Assembly (NCBI GenBank): GCA_964016885.1
Contig: OZ024743.1
Span: forward strand, 4,092,001-4,156,000
Source of the DNA: Eledone cirrhosa
Lineage: Eukaryota
Length of the DNA stretch: 64,000 bases
Direction of reading: 5' to 3'
Shown here: positions 26,396-39,748 of the stretch, one piece after another
Layout: each line of letters opens with the position of its first letter
How positions within the stretch are numbered: the stretch's first letter is position 1
Position numbers and translations under genes: made by a program
The notes under the pieces: generated by a model
What the model was told of the DNA's origin: nothing
Database searches by the model: none
Seen by the model: only the letters and a program-made list of their open reading frames with translations

Positions 26396-26875
26396 CTAGT
26401 GTTCATTTATCCGTTCCCCTATACTACGAGCTGTCTCACCTATGTACACTATATTTTTGTCTCTACATTGTCCTTCAGTACATCTTATGCTATACACTAC
26501 ATTTCTAGTTTTACAGTTAATATGGGGGCTTATTTTACAGGTTATACATTTCTTATCTATACATGAGGGTATTTGAAATGGGTATGTTTTGCTAATAAGT
26601 GTTTTTACGGAGGTACCTGGTCTTTCTACTATCTTAATATTGAGTTTATGTTTATTTAGGGCCCTTCTAAATTTGTAAGCTAGTTCGCCTTTAGGGGTTG
26701 TATCGATGAACATTACACTCTGGTATTTATTGCTATCATACCATGAGTTTATTCTATTAGCCTTGTTCCTAGTTCTTTCTATTCTATTCCAACATTTGCT
26801 CCTATACAAGGGGCAGGTCCCATTTATGTCATTATTTACCATTTTTTCCCATTTGGTTCTGGCTCCTCTATACAC
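26396..26875 (-). pseudogene. PLE linker and GIY-YIG endonuclease fragment
   Basis: CIDKKCITC...NCKTRNVVYSIRC...YIGETARSIGERINEH. Confidence 0.88.
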
Positions 26876-26896
26876 TCTGATTTTAGTACTGTACTA

Positions 26897-27193
26897 GACA
26901 CAGAGCTCTGGTTAGATACCATTAACAACAAAAAACAAATCCTCCATTCCCATTATGCCAAACCCATGACTTCCAAACATCTGATCCACCGAAACTCGGC
27001 CTTTTCGGACCATACCAAAATCAACATACTGATTGCGGATTTGGTACGGGTGATGAGAAATGTGTCCCGCATGTGCAACCCCGAAGAACTAGAGAGACAC
27101 ATACAACACTTCATCCACCGTATGCAGTTCTCTGGCTACAATCAGAGAGATAGAATCAGAGTGTATAGAGGAGCCAGAACCAAATGGGAAAAA
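26897..27193 (+). pseudogene. PLE RT thumb fragment (inverted arm)
   Basis: HLIHRNSAFS..TKINIL...RMQFSGY; ends in YRGARTKWEK, the same peptide that starts the minus-strand fragment. Confidence 0.8.
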
Positions 27194-27305
27194 ACAGACA
27201 CCCGGATGTGGCGCATGCGCAGACTGAGCACACAACACACACACAGAAACAAAATGGCGTAGGACAGAACAAAGGAGAGGCACAGAAACAAAGAAAGAAA
27301 TCCCC

Positions 27306-27350
27306 AGTCACTGAAGAGGTCACAGAGTGTGTGACGAAAGAACTATGACT
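27306..27350 (+). ncRNA. Type I HHR in PLE pseudo-LTR (inverted arm)
   Basis: Identical to 25933-25977. Confidence 0.85.
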
Positions 27351-27552
27351 ATATATAAACAACTATCTGGTTGTGGAACCAACCAACCAACCAGAAATTT
27401 ATAAATTTGTAAATTTATAATATATAATAAATTGAAGTGAAAGCAAGTGGTGCGTGTGTTTCTTATTGGCAACATGACCCTCCAAAGTATAACAATATCG
27501 GTTTCAACACACGTTTTCAGATAAAGAATCTTGCTAAACAAATTCAGAAACG

Positions 27553-28455
<903 letters not shown>

Positions 28456-28501
28456 CCCCACTCTCAACACTGTTCATACTGCACTCTTTGTTATTGTTTT
28501 T

Positions 28502-28598
<97 letters not shown>

Positions 28599-28764
28599 AC
28601 CTGGACATGGTAGAGACTCAGAAGTTGGTACAGGCTGACGTAGTTTCTGAAAGTAAATATCCTATTAAATGGAGTTCTAGCTATATTAAGGCATTCGTTT
28701 GCCCTGTGAAATCTTTAGTAATAGTAGAGTTAGCGTTAGGGTTAGGGTTAGATGCAGTACTTAT

Positions 28765-28885
28765 TTCAATATCCCGCCGAGGTTGACTTTGCCTTTTATC
28801 CTTACGGGGTCGATAAAATAAAGTACCAGTAATGAACTAGGTAATTGCTGGCCTTGTGCCTAAAGTAGAAACAATTAATTATTAT
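28765..28885 (+). mobile_element. tRNA-derived SINE (family 1), partial
   Basis: cccgccgaggttgactttgcctttt...gtcgataaaataaagtaccagt. Confidence 0.8.
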
Positions 28886-28974
28886 CGATTTCTATTTGCT
28901 AAAATCCTACGTTGTGTGTGTGTGTGGCTATGTATGTGTGTGCGTGAGTTTCAGTATCAGTATTAGTATGTATC

Positions 28975-29122
28975 TATGTATGTATGCATGCATGTATGTA
29001 TGTATGCATGCATGTATGCATGTATGTATGTATGCATGTATGTATGTATGTATGTATGCATGTATGTATGTATGTATGTATGTATGTTTGTATGTATGTA
29101 TGTATGTACGTACGTATGTATG
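28975..29122. repeat. (TGTA/TGCA)n tetranucleotide repeat
   Basis: Directly visible. Confidence 0.95.
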
Positions 29123-30104
29123 CATAATTATATAATCGGCATATGAAATACTCCAGAGATTAAAAACGAACAACCCAAGGACAAGGAAGAATTAGATATA
29201 TAAATGAATAAAATATATAAAATGCAACTTTCGATTCTGTGCAATATTCTCGTTAGTTGGGATATTTCTGGAAAAATTGTTGCTGTTGTTATATTCGGTG
29301 ACGACAATCTTGCCAGAAATATTCAAAATAATATGAATACTGGACAAAATATAAGCTGAAATAGACTATTTCATTGGCGATAGTTTTATCGATTTTGATT
29401 TGTGTAGCATGTGTAGCATGCATTTAATGACTCGCTAGTTTCAATCTACAACCTGATCAGCTTCTCATCTATCACTGCAATACATCATCACTATATTACT
29501 AGTCTCACCGCATCAACATACATCACCGCATTCTCCCCCATTGATACTAACTGCCAACTCTGACACCACCATACTTAACCCGTTTAGGGTAGCAGCAGGA
29601 AGCTGCTCTTATAGTAATATGAATCTATCAAGTGACAAGCCAACATGGCCGCTTAGACTAATCTAAACTGTGTGTCTATCAAGCTGTCGGCCCAATACGT
29701 CAATTTCGATTCGATATATGAGCTGCGTTTTGTTAAGAGTTCTCCGGTGTTGGTTTCCATCGAAACCTGTCTTCTAATCTTAGTTGGCACAAAAGCCGGC
29801 ATGAATATAATTGTGCCTTTACTTTTCCAACTGAAATTATATATTTGTCAGAAAATGTCACGGAATGGAAGATTTCAGAGGTATCGATTGCAAATGCGAC
29901 AACAGTTACACGTTTTTTTTCTAGCGTAACCTTACTTTATTATTGTATTACGTTACTATCTCGCTTTCTCCTTTTTCTTTACATTTCACTCTCCTAGATA
30001 CATTTACATATAGAAAAAAATATCGATTGTAATTCATATACCATTTTAACACTTCTCTGTCTATCTCTGTATAAAACACACACATGCGCCCCTCCCCCCC
30101 AACC

Positions 30105-30155
<51 letters not shown>

Positions 30156-30162
30156 AAAAAAA

Positions 30163-30229
<67 letters not shown>

Positions 30230-30322
30230 AATATATATATATATATATATATATATTAGTCCATTTAGTCCAGAATTAGCCGTCGAAACGGCTTGAGCTC
30301 AGCTGTCGGGGTCTTACTGGTT

Positions 30323-30434
<112 letters not shown>

Positions 30435-30663
30435 AACGAGTAGGACCGCGACGGCTGAGCTCAAGCCGTTTCGACGGCTAATTCTGGACTAATATAGTAA
30501 TAATAATAAATTTGAAGACTAAAATCCAAAAAGGGCTCCATAAGGATACATATATATCAAATATATCAAATATACAAGAACCGGAGAGCAAATATTTATT
30601 AAAATAACAGATTAAAGTTTAAGAAAAGAATCGGTGCTGTGAAAGCAGCGATTCTTTCCTTAA

Positions 30664-30731
<68 letters not shown>

Positions 30732-30734
<3 letters not shown>

Positions 30735-32764
30735 CAAAGGAATTGTGGTAAGGAACCAGGTGGAACATAACGCACCAGAGTACTCAATACTTAGGGTAGT
30801 AGAGTGGGAAATAGGCAAAAAGTATGACCCCGACGGCAGAGCTCAAGCCGTTTCGACGGCTATTTCTGGACTCTTTATTATCTTGGAGGTCCCATATATG
30901 GCCCGAAAGTGTAGTGGCATGTCGCCGGAACGGGTTTCGGGAAGTATGTCGATGTTGGTAGAGCCGGGTCTTGAAGTCACACGCGGTTAATCCTATATAA
31001 GTTTTGTCGGAGGTGTCCGTCCTCACGTTGCACTGGTAGATCACGTTATGTTCTCGGCATTTGTTGTTGAGGGGACACGTAGCTCTATCAGGGCAGTTAC
31101 ACCTCCTGGTCGGCTCTCCACTGATGTCTAGGTTATTTCTTCCATGGGGGTTGAGTTTTTTGTTGTTTGAGAAAACGATGTTTTCTTCGAAGTTAGGTGT
31201 GGTGCTGTAGGAGAGTTTGATGGTGTTTTTGTTGATTATGTTGTGGTGGGAAGTGTTTTTCGAGGAGTCTAAAGAAGATTTTCCCAATAGATGTTGCCAC
31301 TTCGGTATTATGAAGGAGGATTGAACCGCGTTACGTTGAGTGAGCAGCGGCGTCGCCTGCTGGTTCCGCTAAGGGAAGCTGGATAAAAGGATATTTCCTC
31401 CCGGAAGACACTCCGCTTGAGGGCCTGGTTGTAATGAGGCGCGTGTTCGTCGAATATCTGCTCATTAGCGGACAAACCAGATATGCGGAGGGAGATGTTT
31501 TTATCCAGGTTATTGGTGATGTTTCTAGGATGGTTAGAGCGGCGGTGGATGTAGTGCAGGTTGTCGTTTGGTTTCCTGTATGGGTAGTACATGTCATTTT
31601 CGGGGTTAAGGGTAACGTCCAGGAAATTGTCTCGGGTTAGGGACGTTAGTTAGGTGATTTTAAATCCCCAGTCCCGGAAGAAGATGATTAGTTGTTTACG
31701 GATCCGGTCTGTACTACTGGTGTTGTACCCTTTGAGGGTGAGGAGCCCATCATCCCGGTACAATCAACCGCCGAATGCAGGAAACATTTCGGTGAGTTTA
31801 AATAGTAGGAATAATCCTATAATATCTGTGACCTCGGCCGAATCCGTCGCGCCCATACTGACGTTTAAGGGGGAGTCAGGAGCTCTCTTTATCCACTTAG
31901 AGTTGTCGAAAAGTAGGACTGTCTTCCTGGCGTGGAGATTGATATTTCTTTCCTGCTCAGTGATGGGTGTGAGTGTTTCGGCAAAATCCAAGGCGGCCGT
32001 AAGGAGCGGTAAGGTAATAGATGCATAGTAACTCTCTATGTCAAAGTGGATGAATTTTGTGTCTCGTTTGTCCTCCATATTCCTGAACCATGAGATTACT
32101 TCCTGGGTGCTGACCCATAGGCTAAGTCTCACGTTTTGCTTAAATTTTGGTATAATTCGGTCTAGGATCTTTTTACTGATTCTCCCTATGTCCGACTTCG
32201 TTGGGTTTATAAACCTAATGGATGGTTTGCCGTCGAAGTCGGATTTGTGGTCTTCCGTGTGAGGTAGGGAGTCCGTGGGTCTAGGGGTTCAGTGTGGTCG
32301 GCGACCCCGAGGCTGGAGGTAATTTGTTGTCCATCTCGATTTATGTCATGGATAATTGAATGGTTAGCCTTTTTATAGGTGGAGTTTAGGCTGCTCCTGA
32401 TCAGTGTGTGGTATCTGTCAGGGTTAACGAAGTAGAGGTTTCCTATTTTGTCCGAGTGCACCAAGATGTCGTTGGTGTTTCTATACTCTGTTATTTTGCT
32501 ACGGAGTTGTTGTAGGAATCTGTTGTGTCTGGGTTTGAATTTAATGCTCTTGATCAGGTGGAAAAGGTCGTTCTCGAAGGGTGAGAGCATAGGGTTCGGA
32601 GGGGAAGATTTGTAGGTATTGAATCCGAATCTCTCCTTGGTGTCGAAGTACTGATTGTCGCGGTATCTATCGTAGAAAAAAGTTCTACATCTTAGTCTTT
32701 TCGCAAAAAGAAGTCCAGAAATAGCCACCGAAACGGCTTGAGCTCTGCCGTCGGAGTCATACTT

Positions 32765-32768
<4 letters not shown>
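30732..32768 (-). mobile_element. Decayed PLE (RT + GIY-YIG) bracketed by inverted family-P repeats and (TA)n
   Basis: Fragments FIHFDIESYYASI, MGATDSAEVTD, NFLDVTL, YRKP and CNCPDRATCPL..C...VIYQC...YIGLTACDFKTR; several frameshifts; both ORF ends truncated. Confidence 0.9.
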
Positions 32769-32830
<62 letters not shown>

Positions 32831-33338
32831 TTAAATACATGATTGTGTGTGTGTTTATGCGTATATTGTCAAACATATATGAAAGACAAAACTCTGTTGA
32901 AGTTTCATCTTTATATTAATGATTTTATTCATAAAACCTAATTATATGTTCAAAGAATAATGTTCCTAGTTTCATTAATAGGGTTATACTTTCTCGGCAT
33001 CATCTTCTGAAAGAAGGATTATATTAGTGTATTATATGTACAAGTTCCTTTAGTAAGAATCAAGGACCAAGGGAATGATGATCACGGATGGAAGTTTTCA
33101 AGTTTGACATTAAGTCCAATTTTGATTCCAGCATCTTGTATCTCTTATTAATTGTTACAAGGGTTCTGAGTTCATTTTTCGTTTGTAATCTTGTATTTAC
33201 AATATATATAAATGTGTATATGTTTATATATAATAAACTCATGAGAGCCGCGCTATGTAAGAAAGAATAACGCTATAAAAATATGTTTTCTCTTTTAAGT
33301 GCTGTGAACAAGTCACAGCTATCTCAGTAGCAGTAAGA

Positions 33339-33385
33339 ATGTCAGAGAGTTGTTTCAAGATTTGTTAATATTTCATCAGTGACAC
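33339..33385 (-). ncRNA. Degenerate type I HHR
   Basis: Reverse complement: gtgtca CTGATGA aatattaacaaatctt GAAA caactc TC tgacat; good stem I, eroded stems II and III. Confidence 0.6.
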
Positions 33386-33574
33386 CCACTCACCTGGTAC
33401 TGACAGAAAATTACGCTAAAACTAAAACCTATATAGATTTTGCGTATTGAACATTTACTTTTGATTGAACATTTACATTTTCATATAACAAATAACAAGC
33501 AGCGCCATTTTTTTTCTTTCATAGCGAAGCAGTCATGTGTTTATTATACATAAAGATATTAGGAACATACATAC

Positions 33575-33643
<69 letters not shown>

Positions 33644-33853
33644 TTTACGTATCGAGAAAGAGAGAAAAAGGAGGGATAGGTGATACATATAGTTATTTGC
33701 CAAGTAGCGTATGCCAAAGGTGCTCGATACTAGTGCCGGCAGTATTAAATATTCGAAGTGTTAATATTTAGTGGGCTAGAGAGTTAGCAGAGCGTAAGCA
33801 CGTGGGAAAGTAAAAAATCGGAGAATAGACCGTTAAAACATGTTTATTTAAAA

Positions 33854-33898
33854 TATCACCTACGTACGTTTCGCCCAGTTGGGCTTCTCAAGGGCATA
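33854..33898 (-). ncRNA. Type I HHR with U3:A8 core in the 3' pseudo-LTR
   Basis: Reverse complement: tatgccc TTGAGAA gccca-ac-tgggc GAAA cgtacg TA ggtgata; stem I imperfect. Confidence 0.75.
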
Positions 33899-34190
33899 AA
33901 TAATCACAAGTGTTCCTTATATAGTTCGGAAAGAGTTTTGGGGGTTAAATCTACATCAAGATTCATTGCTCGCAAAAATATTTTGTTTTGATTTTGCAGC
34001 AGGTCAAGGGAGGTAACTCAGGCCGGTGTTAGGGCAGTCTTTCCCGGATAATTTTTTTTTTTTTTTTTTTTGCCGCATCCGTTTGTCTGAGGCTGGGTCT
34101 GGTATGCAAGGATTGTTTTCTGTGTGTTATTTTTCTGCGCCTGCCCGCCGGGGTGTTAAGACTTGTTGCAGGGAGATCCAGTGTACTATT

Positions 34191-36680
34191 TCACTCTTCA
34201 TTCTTAACCCATCTAAAGAAGGATATTTTTAAGCGATGTGTACAACTTATCGCTGTTTCAGCTCTGCTGTTGATGAGCTCGTGGGGTGCAGTTATGATGT
34301 GGTAGAGCTCCATGAGGCAAAGATCGCATTTCCTCTTGAAGTTGTACGGTGCAGCCCTGCCGACAATCTCCCAGTGCGTGTAGAAGCTGATGTTTAAGTC
34401 CTTTAGTGATGTGATGTAGTCCGCGAGCGAAGTGGAGTGCCTTAGTTTTCTATTTGTGAAAGAGTGGAGATGTGTTCGAAACCTAATTTTGAACGGGCCG
34501 GAGGTGGCCCCTATATAATGTTTATCGCTATTGTGGCTAGTAATAGTGCTTCTATATATAACCCTATCAGTCAAGCAGTATCCTCTAAGGGGGCAGCGTC
34601 CTCTGTCGCGGCAGTTGCAATTTCTGTCGCGGTTCCGTCTATTTCCCACGGTAAGGCTATCATTGTTGCTGCTTACGTTGTTACCTACGCTACCGCAGCT
34701 GTCGTTAGCACAATTACAACCCACAGCACGCGGGATGGTGCGATTGTTATTCGGCACGTCATGTTCTGCATGTTCCCCAGTCACTTCGCGGTCATTCTGG
34801 TTGCGTCTGCGGATGCCGTTGCCAACACTATTGGATGCTGTCAGGGAGTTGTTAAGGCCGATATAGTTATTGTCAGGTGTAGGTGCGTCTGTGTCGAGGT
34901 GCTGTGTCTTGGTGATCTTACTGTGGTTCGTTGTTCCTATGATGTCTGCTAGGTTAGGAGTAGTAGAGAAGGATATTTTTATATTGTTCCTATTAAGAAT
35001 TTTTCTATACCTATGGTTGGGTGGGAAGTTCTTCTCTAAGGCTTCGAAGAATATCCGAGGTATGTTGGAGGCCACACTTCGAGAGTAGGGGTGGTGGAAC
35101 CATAGGACGTTACGGTGGCGATTACGTGTCCTTGTACTTTTGCTACGGGTGGTTCCATCTAAGTGATCGCTCTTATGTGTGTTAATGCGCTGTCGCCCGT
35201 TCGGTGCCCCTTTCACTTTATGCTCAGGTGCACTCTTTCTACCTCTTCCATGTTTATGTACACGAAGATGTTGGTTGGAAGGCGTTGGTAGTAGGCCGTC
35301 GCCTTTGTTGGTTTTGTAATAGGGGAATAGTTTGAGTAATCTACAGTATTCACCGTCGCCGGGGACGTGATCTTTGGTGCGGTTATCTATTCTATTATAT
35401 CCGACTTTAACGAGGTCGCCGCGTGATCGGTTATAGGTATGGCTTACTATAACGTTAGTTTTATGAGGGGGGTGGTTTCTAGAGCTAGCGTTAGGGATGT
35501 AGGAAATTCCTCGGTTAAAGCCGGCGCTTATCAGGGCCCTATTGTAGTAATCAGCCGCTTGGTTGAAGATATCCTCATTGGCGGATAGCCTCGAGATTCT
35601 ATGTGAGATACTATAGACTATGGAGTTGAGAATCTGCTTAGGGTGGTTGGAGGCATAATTAATATAAGAGAGGCACTCTCCAGGCTTATGGTATGGCTTG
35701 TATAAGCCCGTACTCAACTCCAGGGTCACGTCCAGGAAGTTGACAACCCTGTGGTTGAGGTCCATAGTTACGGATAGGCCGTATGACTTAAAGAACCTGT
35801 GTATATGTTTGTTAAGGTTCTCTATCCTACGGGGGCTATGGTTCCTAACGGTAAACAGGGCGTCGTCCCTATATACACCTCCTTGTAGGGCCGGTATTTC
35901 TTCCCTAAGCTTATGTAGGAGGTATATCCCAACCAGGTCAGTTGCTTGCGCTGAGTCGCTGGACCCCATCGTGACATCGAAGTTATCAGGACGGTTGGTT
36001 CTGGTCCAGTGGGAGCTTTCGAACTGGATAATGGTTCTACGTGCCGCTAGAATTATGTCTATTTCTTTTTTGGTGAGGCTAGTGTTAGATCTAGCTAAGA
36101 TAAGTGCCTTATTTAAGAGTATGGGGGAGATAGAGGCGTAGTAGCTATCTATATCAAACTGGATGAATTTCAGGGTGGCTTTATCCGGCAACTCGGTGAA
36201 CCAATTTATGACCTGGTCGGTGTTGCCCCAGAGGCAGACCTTAGCCTTTCTATTAAGCTCGAGTAGTACTCTGTCGAGGATCACTTTACTAATCTTACCT
36301 ATATCTGATGTAGAGGGGCATATTAGTCTAATAGAGGGGCTTTCATTAAAGTCATATTTGTGATCCTTAAGAGAGAATTTAGGCGTCAGAGGGACGTACG
36401 GGTTAGTGTACTTTTCTATTTCTAAGCTGGTGACTATATCCTTCCCTACTCTATTTATGTCATTTAGGGTACTAGAGGGTGTCTTTTTGTAGTCTTTGTG
36501 TAGTTCCTTATAGATGAATTTTTTATACTCACTCGCGTCCATCTTGTACAGCTTTTGGGTTTTGTCGGAGGTGACGAAGAGGTGCCAGTCATTCTTAATC
36601 TTAGTTATTAGTGTATCAAGGGACGTTAAGAATGGATTGCTGCATTGGTGTTTCTTTCTGAGCTTAACGTTTTTGATCAT
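34191..36680 (-). CDS. PLE polyprotein: reverse transcriptase plus C-terminal GIY-YIG endonuclease (possibly Nematis-type)
   Basis: FIQFDIDSYY, MGSSDSAQ, VYRDD, VNFLDV, YHKP; CNC..CPL.GYCL linker; VIY...YIGAT...FKIR...H; CDLCLME; CTH. Confidence 0.93.
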   Translation of the reverse strand: MIKNVKLRKKHQCSNPFLTSLDTLITKIKNDWHLFVTSDKTQKLYKMDASEYKKFIYKELHKDYKKTPSSTLNDINRVGKDIVTSLEIEKYTNPYVPLTPKFSLKDHKYDFNESPSIRLICPSTSDIGKISKVILDRVLLELNRKAKVCLWGNTDQVINWFTELPDKATLKFIQFDIDSYYASISPILLNKALILARSNTSLTKKEIDIILAARRTIIQFESSHWTRTNRPDNFDVTMGSSDSAQATDLVGIYLLHKLREEIPALQGGVYRDDALFTVRNHSPRRIENLNKHIHRFFKSYGLSVTMDLNHRVVNFLDVTLELSTGLYKPYHKPGECLSYINYASNHPKQILNSIVYSISHRISRLSANEDIFNQAADYYNRALISAGFNRGISYIPNASSRNHPPHKTNVIVSHTYNRSRGDLVKVGYNRIDNRTKDHVPGDGEYCRLLKLFPYYKTNKGDGLLPTPSNQHLRVHKHGRGRKSAPEHKVKGAPNGRQRINTHKSDHLDGTTRSKSTRTRNRHRNVLWFHHPYSRSVASNIPRIFFEALEKNFPPNHRYRKILNRNNIKISFSTTPNLADIIGTTNHSKITKTQHLDTDAPTPDNNYIGLNNSLTASNSVGNGIRRRNQNDREVTGEHAEHDVPNNNRTIPRAVGCNCANDSCGSVGNNVSSNNDSLTVGNRRNRDRNCNCRDRGRCPLRGYCLTDRVIYRSTITSHNSDKHYIGATSGPFKIRFRTHLHSFTNRKLRHSTSLADYITSLKDLNISFYTHWEIVGRAAPYNFKRKCDLCLMELYHIITAPHELINSRAETAISCTHRLKISFFRWVKNEE

Positions 36681-36682
36681 TT

Positions 36683-36925
36683 TCAGCAGGTCCTCTTCAA
36701 AAAGTCCAGTAAGGTGTTGTGCGGTGGGTTTCGGTATGTTTTGAAACCATACTTCTCTTTGGGTTCAGGAAGGTTACGGGTGTTCTTATCCAGGTGGTAT
36801 GCCTTCCATCTGACTCTCCGTATAAACGAATTAGTAGCGTCTATAAGCAGTTTAAGGTAGGTGGTTTTTCTGCTGGGTAAGGGGATACACTTGAGAGACA
36901 TGGGTAACGGTTGGTTCTCCAACAT
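36683..36925 (-). CDS. N-terminal part of the same PLE ORF, separated by one frameshift
   Basis: SLKCIPLPS..TYLK.LI...SFIRRVRWKAY...KYGFKT is a PLE-type N-terminus; the frame breaks at a T5 run near 36700. Confidence 0.85.
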   Translation of the reverse strand: MLENQPLPMSLKCIPLPSRKTTYLKLLIDATNSFIRRVRWKAYHLDKNTRNLPEPKEKYGFKTYRNPPHNTLLDFLKRTC

Positions 36926-37185
36926 AATGGCAAATAAGGTGAGATGCTCTACAAAAGGAGCACGGTAATATAGTATTTACGTATCGAGAAAGAGAGAACA
37001 AGGAGGGATAGGTGATATATATAGTTATTTGCCAAGTAGCGTATGCCAAAGGTCCTCGATACTAGTGCCGGCAGTATTAAATATTCGAAGTGTTAATATT
37101 TAGTGGGCTAGAGAGTTAGCAGAGCGTAAGCACGTGGGAAAGTAAAACATCGGAGAATAGACCGTTAAAACATGTTTATTTAAAA

Positions 37186-37230
37186 TATCACCTACGTACG
37201 TTTCGCCCAGTTGGGCTTCTCAAGGGCATA
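37186..37230 (-). ncRNA. Type I HHR (U3:A8) in the 5' pseudo-LTR
   Basis: Identical to 33854-33898. Confidence 0.75.
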
Positions 37231-37926
37231 AATAATCACAAGTGTTCCTTATATAGTTCGGAAAGAGTATATATAGATGCACTATTACTAGCCACAATAG
37301 CGTTAAACATTATATAGGGGCCACCTCCGGCCCGTTCAAAATTAGGTTTCGAACACATCTCCACTCTTTCACAAATAGAAAACTAAGGCACTCCACTTCG
37401 CTCGCGGACTACATCACATCACTAAAGGACTTAAACATCAGCTTCTACACGCACTGGGAGATTGTCGGCAGGGCTGCACCGTACAACTTCAAGAGGAAAT
37501 GCGATCTTTGCCTCATGGAGCTCTACCACATCATAACTGCACCCCACGAGCTCATCAACAGCAGAGCTGAAACAGCGATAAGTTGTACACATCGCTTAAA
37601 AATATCCTTCTTTAGATGGGTTAAGAATGAAGAGTGAAATAGTACACTGGATCTCCCTGCAACAAGTCTTAACACTCCGGCGGGCAGGCGCAGCAAAATA
37701 ACACACAGAAAACAATCCTTGCATACCAGACCCAGCCTCAGACAAACGGATGCGGCAAAAAAAAAAAAAAGAATTATCCGGGAAAGACTGCCCTAACACC
37801 GGCCTCAGTTACCTCCCTTCACCTGCTGCAAAATCAAAACAAGATATTTTTGCGAGCAATGAATCTTGATGTAGATTTAACTCCCAAAACTCTTTCCGAA
37901 CTATATAAGGAACACTTGTGATTATT

Positions 37927-37971
37927 TATGCCCTTGAGAAGCCCAACTGGGCGAAACGTACGTAGGTGATA
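37927..37971 (+). ncRNA. Type I HHR (U3:A8) in the inverted segment
   Basis: tatgcccTTGAGAAgcccaactgggcGAAAcgtacgTAggtgata. Confidence 0.75.
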
Positions 37972-38024
37972 TTTTAAATAAACATGTTTTAACGGTCTAT
38001 TCTCCGATTTTTTACTTTCCCACG

Positions 38025-38056
<32 letters not shown>

Positions 38057-38168
38057 TATATGTATAGAAATTTCGTATTTCTAAAGAAATACGGTTTTAG
38101 GAAGTCGTAGCTATGCAAACACCGGGGCTAACGCCCTCTGGTGGTCTCCAGCAAAAGCAAGGGGGGAC

Positions 38169-38214
38169 AACCGTCTAAACATTTCAGGCTTGACTGGCCT
38201 TCATCAGGCCGGTC
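38169..38214 (-). ncRNA. Type I HHR, family B
   Basis: Reverse complement: gaccggc CTGATGA aggc-cagtcaa-gcct GAAA tgtt TA gacggtt. Confidence 0.75.
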
Positions 38215-38513
38215 CCTCCCACCGCTTGCTACTGCTGGACTGAAAACAGTCGAGAATATATAGTTTTCTCGTCTGTGTAGATGAGGTGATTAATCTCATT
38301 TGCATATGAAGCTGCATAAGTTGGCTCAACTTATAATAGAAAAGAAATAAGATTTCGCTTCAAGCATAGCTTTATACAATATGTATAGTGATTTCGTATT
38401 TTGAAAGAAATACGGTTTTAGGAAGCCGCTAGATTAATCACGTCATTTACACAGATAAGATAACTATATATTCTCGAATGTTTTCAAGTCCAGCAGTAGC
38501 AAGTGTTGGGAGG

Positions 38514-38559
38514 GACCGTGCTGACGAAGGCCAGTCAATCCTGAAATACATAGACGGTT
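38514..38559 (+). ncRNA. Type I HHR, family B
   Basis: gaccgtg CTGACGA aggccagtcaatcct GAAA taca TA gacggtt; consensus of three copies restores stem I gaccgtc/gacggtt. Confidence 0.72.
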
Positions 38560-39069
38560 GTCCCCCTTGCTTCTGCTGGACACCACCAGAGGGTCTTAGC
38601 CCCGGTGTTTGCATAGCTACGGCTTCCTAAAACCGTATTTCTTTAGAAATACCAAATTTCTATACATATTGTATAAAGCTATGCTTGAAGCGAAATCTTA
38701 TTTCTTTTCTATTATAAGTTGAGCCAACTTATGCAGCTTCATATGCAAATGGGATTAATTAACTCATCTACACAGACGAGAAATCTATATATTCTCGACT
38801 GTTTTCAAGTCCAGCAGTAGCAAGCGGTGGGAGGGACCGTCCTGGTCGTTCTTCCCTGCATCTGCTGGATACCACCAGAGGGCGTTAGCCCCGGTGATTG
38901 CATAGCTACGGCTTCTTAAAACCGTATTTCTTTAGAAATACGAAATTTCTCTCTCTCTCTCTATATATATATATAAAATCGAAGTTATGGCGGTGGCCAA
39001 GCCAACAAGTTACAATTAGGTTATATATATTTATATATATATATATGTTAATATATATATATATATATG

Positions 39070-39105
<36 letters not shown>

Positions 39106-39406
39106 CATACATATACGTGTTTTGCAACGGGTCACTTTGTGGCTCAATGAAAATTAATAAATTAAATAATCAGAGCTATATATCATAAAACATGTCTATA
39201 TAAAACTTTTATATGTAATAATCTCCCATTAGGTTGAGATACACATTTGGCTGTATTGTGTTGTGCTTTCTAGCAAAAAAGCCACCAGCCGTAAGCAACT
39301 ACCACACCCCTTCCAACCTGACCGCTGCTACGTCACGATTCTTAGCCATTTTGAATGAATTCTTGGCGCGATCACTTTGGAAAATTTAGTGTCTGGATCA
39401 GAGCAA

Positions 39407-39482
39407 ATCTCCTGAAGAGTCCGATGCTCGAGTTACATAGTTATTGGAAATCTCAAAATGCGGACGAAACCATGGTAGAGGT
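39407..39482 (+). ncRNA. Type I HHR with long stem II
   Basis: atctc CTGAAGA gtccg...cggac GAAA ccatgg TA gaggt. Confidence 0.88.
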
Positions 39483-39748
39483 ATTTAAATGTATTCTATT
39501 TTCTCCTAGTTTATTTTACACTTAATTCTGTTTAATTGACTGTATCTGGGCGATTACGCTGTCAAAATATTCGATAAATATTTCGTTGCGGCCGACGCGA
39601 AGGGCTAGTTTCGGTTATTTGTTGGAGATTTCTTCATAGAAGCCTTATTCTTATAGCCTTGTCTATTCGATTTTTTATATAGTTAATTATGCTAATTGGG
39701 AGAGGAAATGGTATATATTTTATCTGGTGATTCTATAGACATGTTTTA

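Larger units (their letters stand above)
33640..38025 (-). mobile_element. Near-intact Penelope-like retroelement with pseudo-LTRs and inverted 5' segment
   Basis: Direct repeats at about 33640-33936 and 36972-37268; 37268-38025 is an inverted copy of about 33800-34555; (TA)n on both sides. Confidence 0.95.
38062..38949. mobile_element. HHR-bearing non-coding element, family B (about 321-bp unit), inverted plus tandem
   Basis: Minus copy about 38062-38430, plus copies about 38431-38949; gttttcaagtccagcagtag at 38480 and 38801. Confidence 0.8.
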
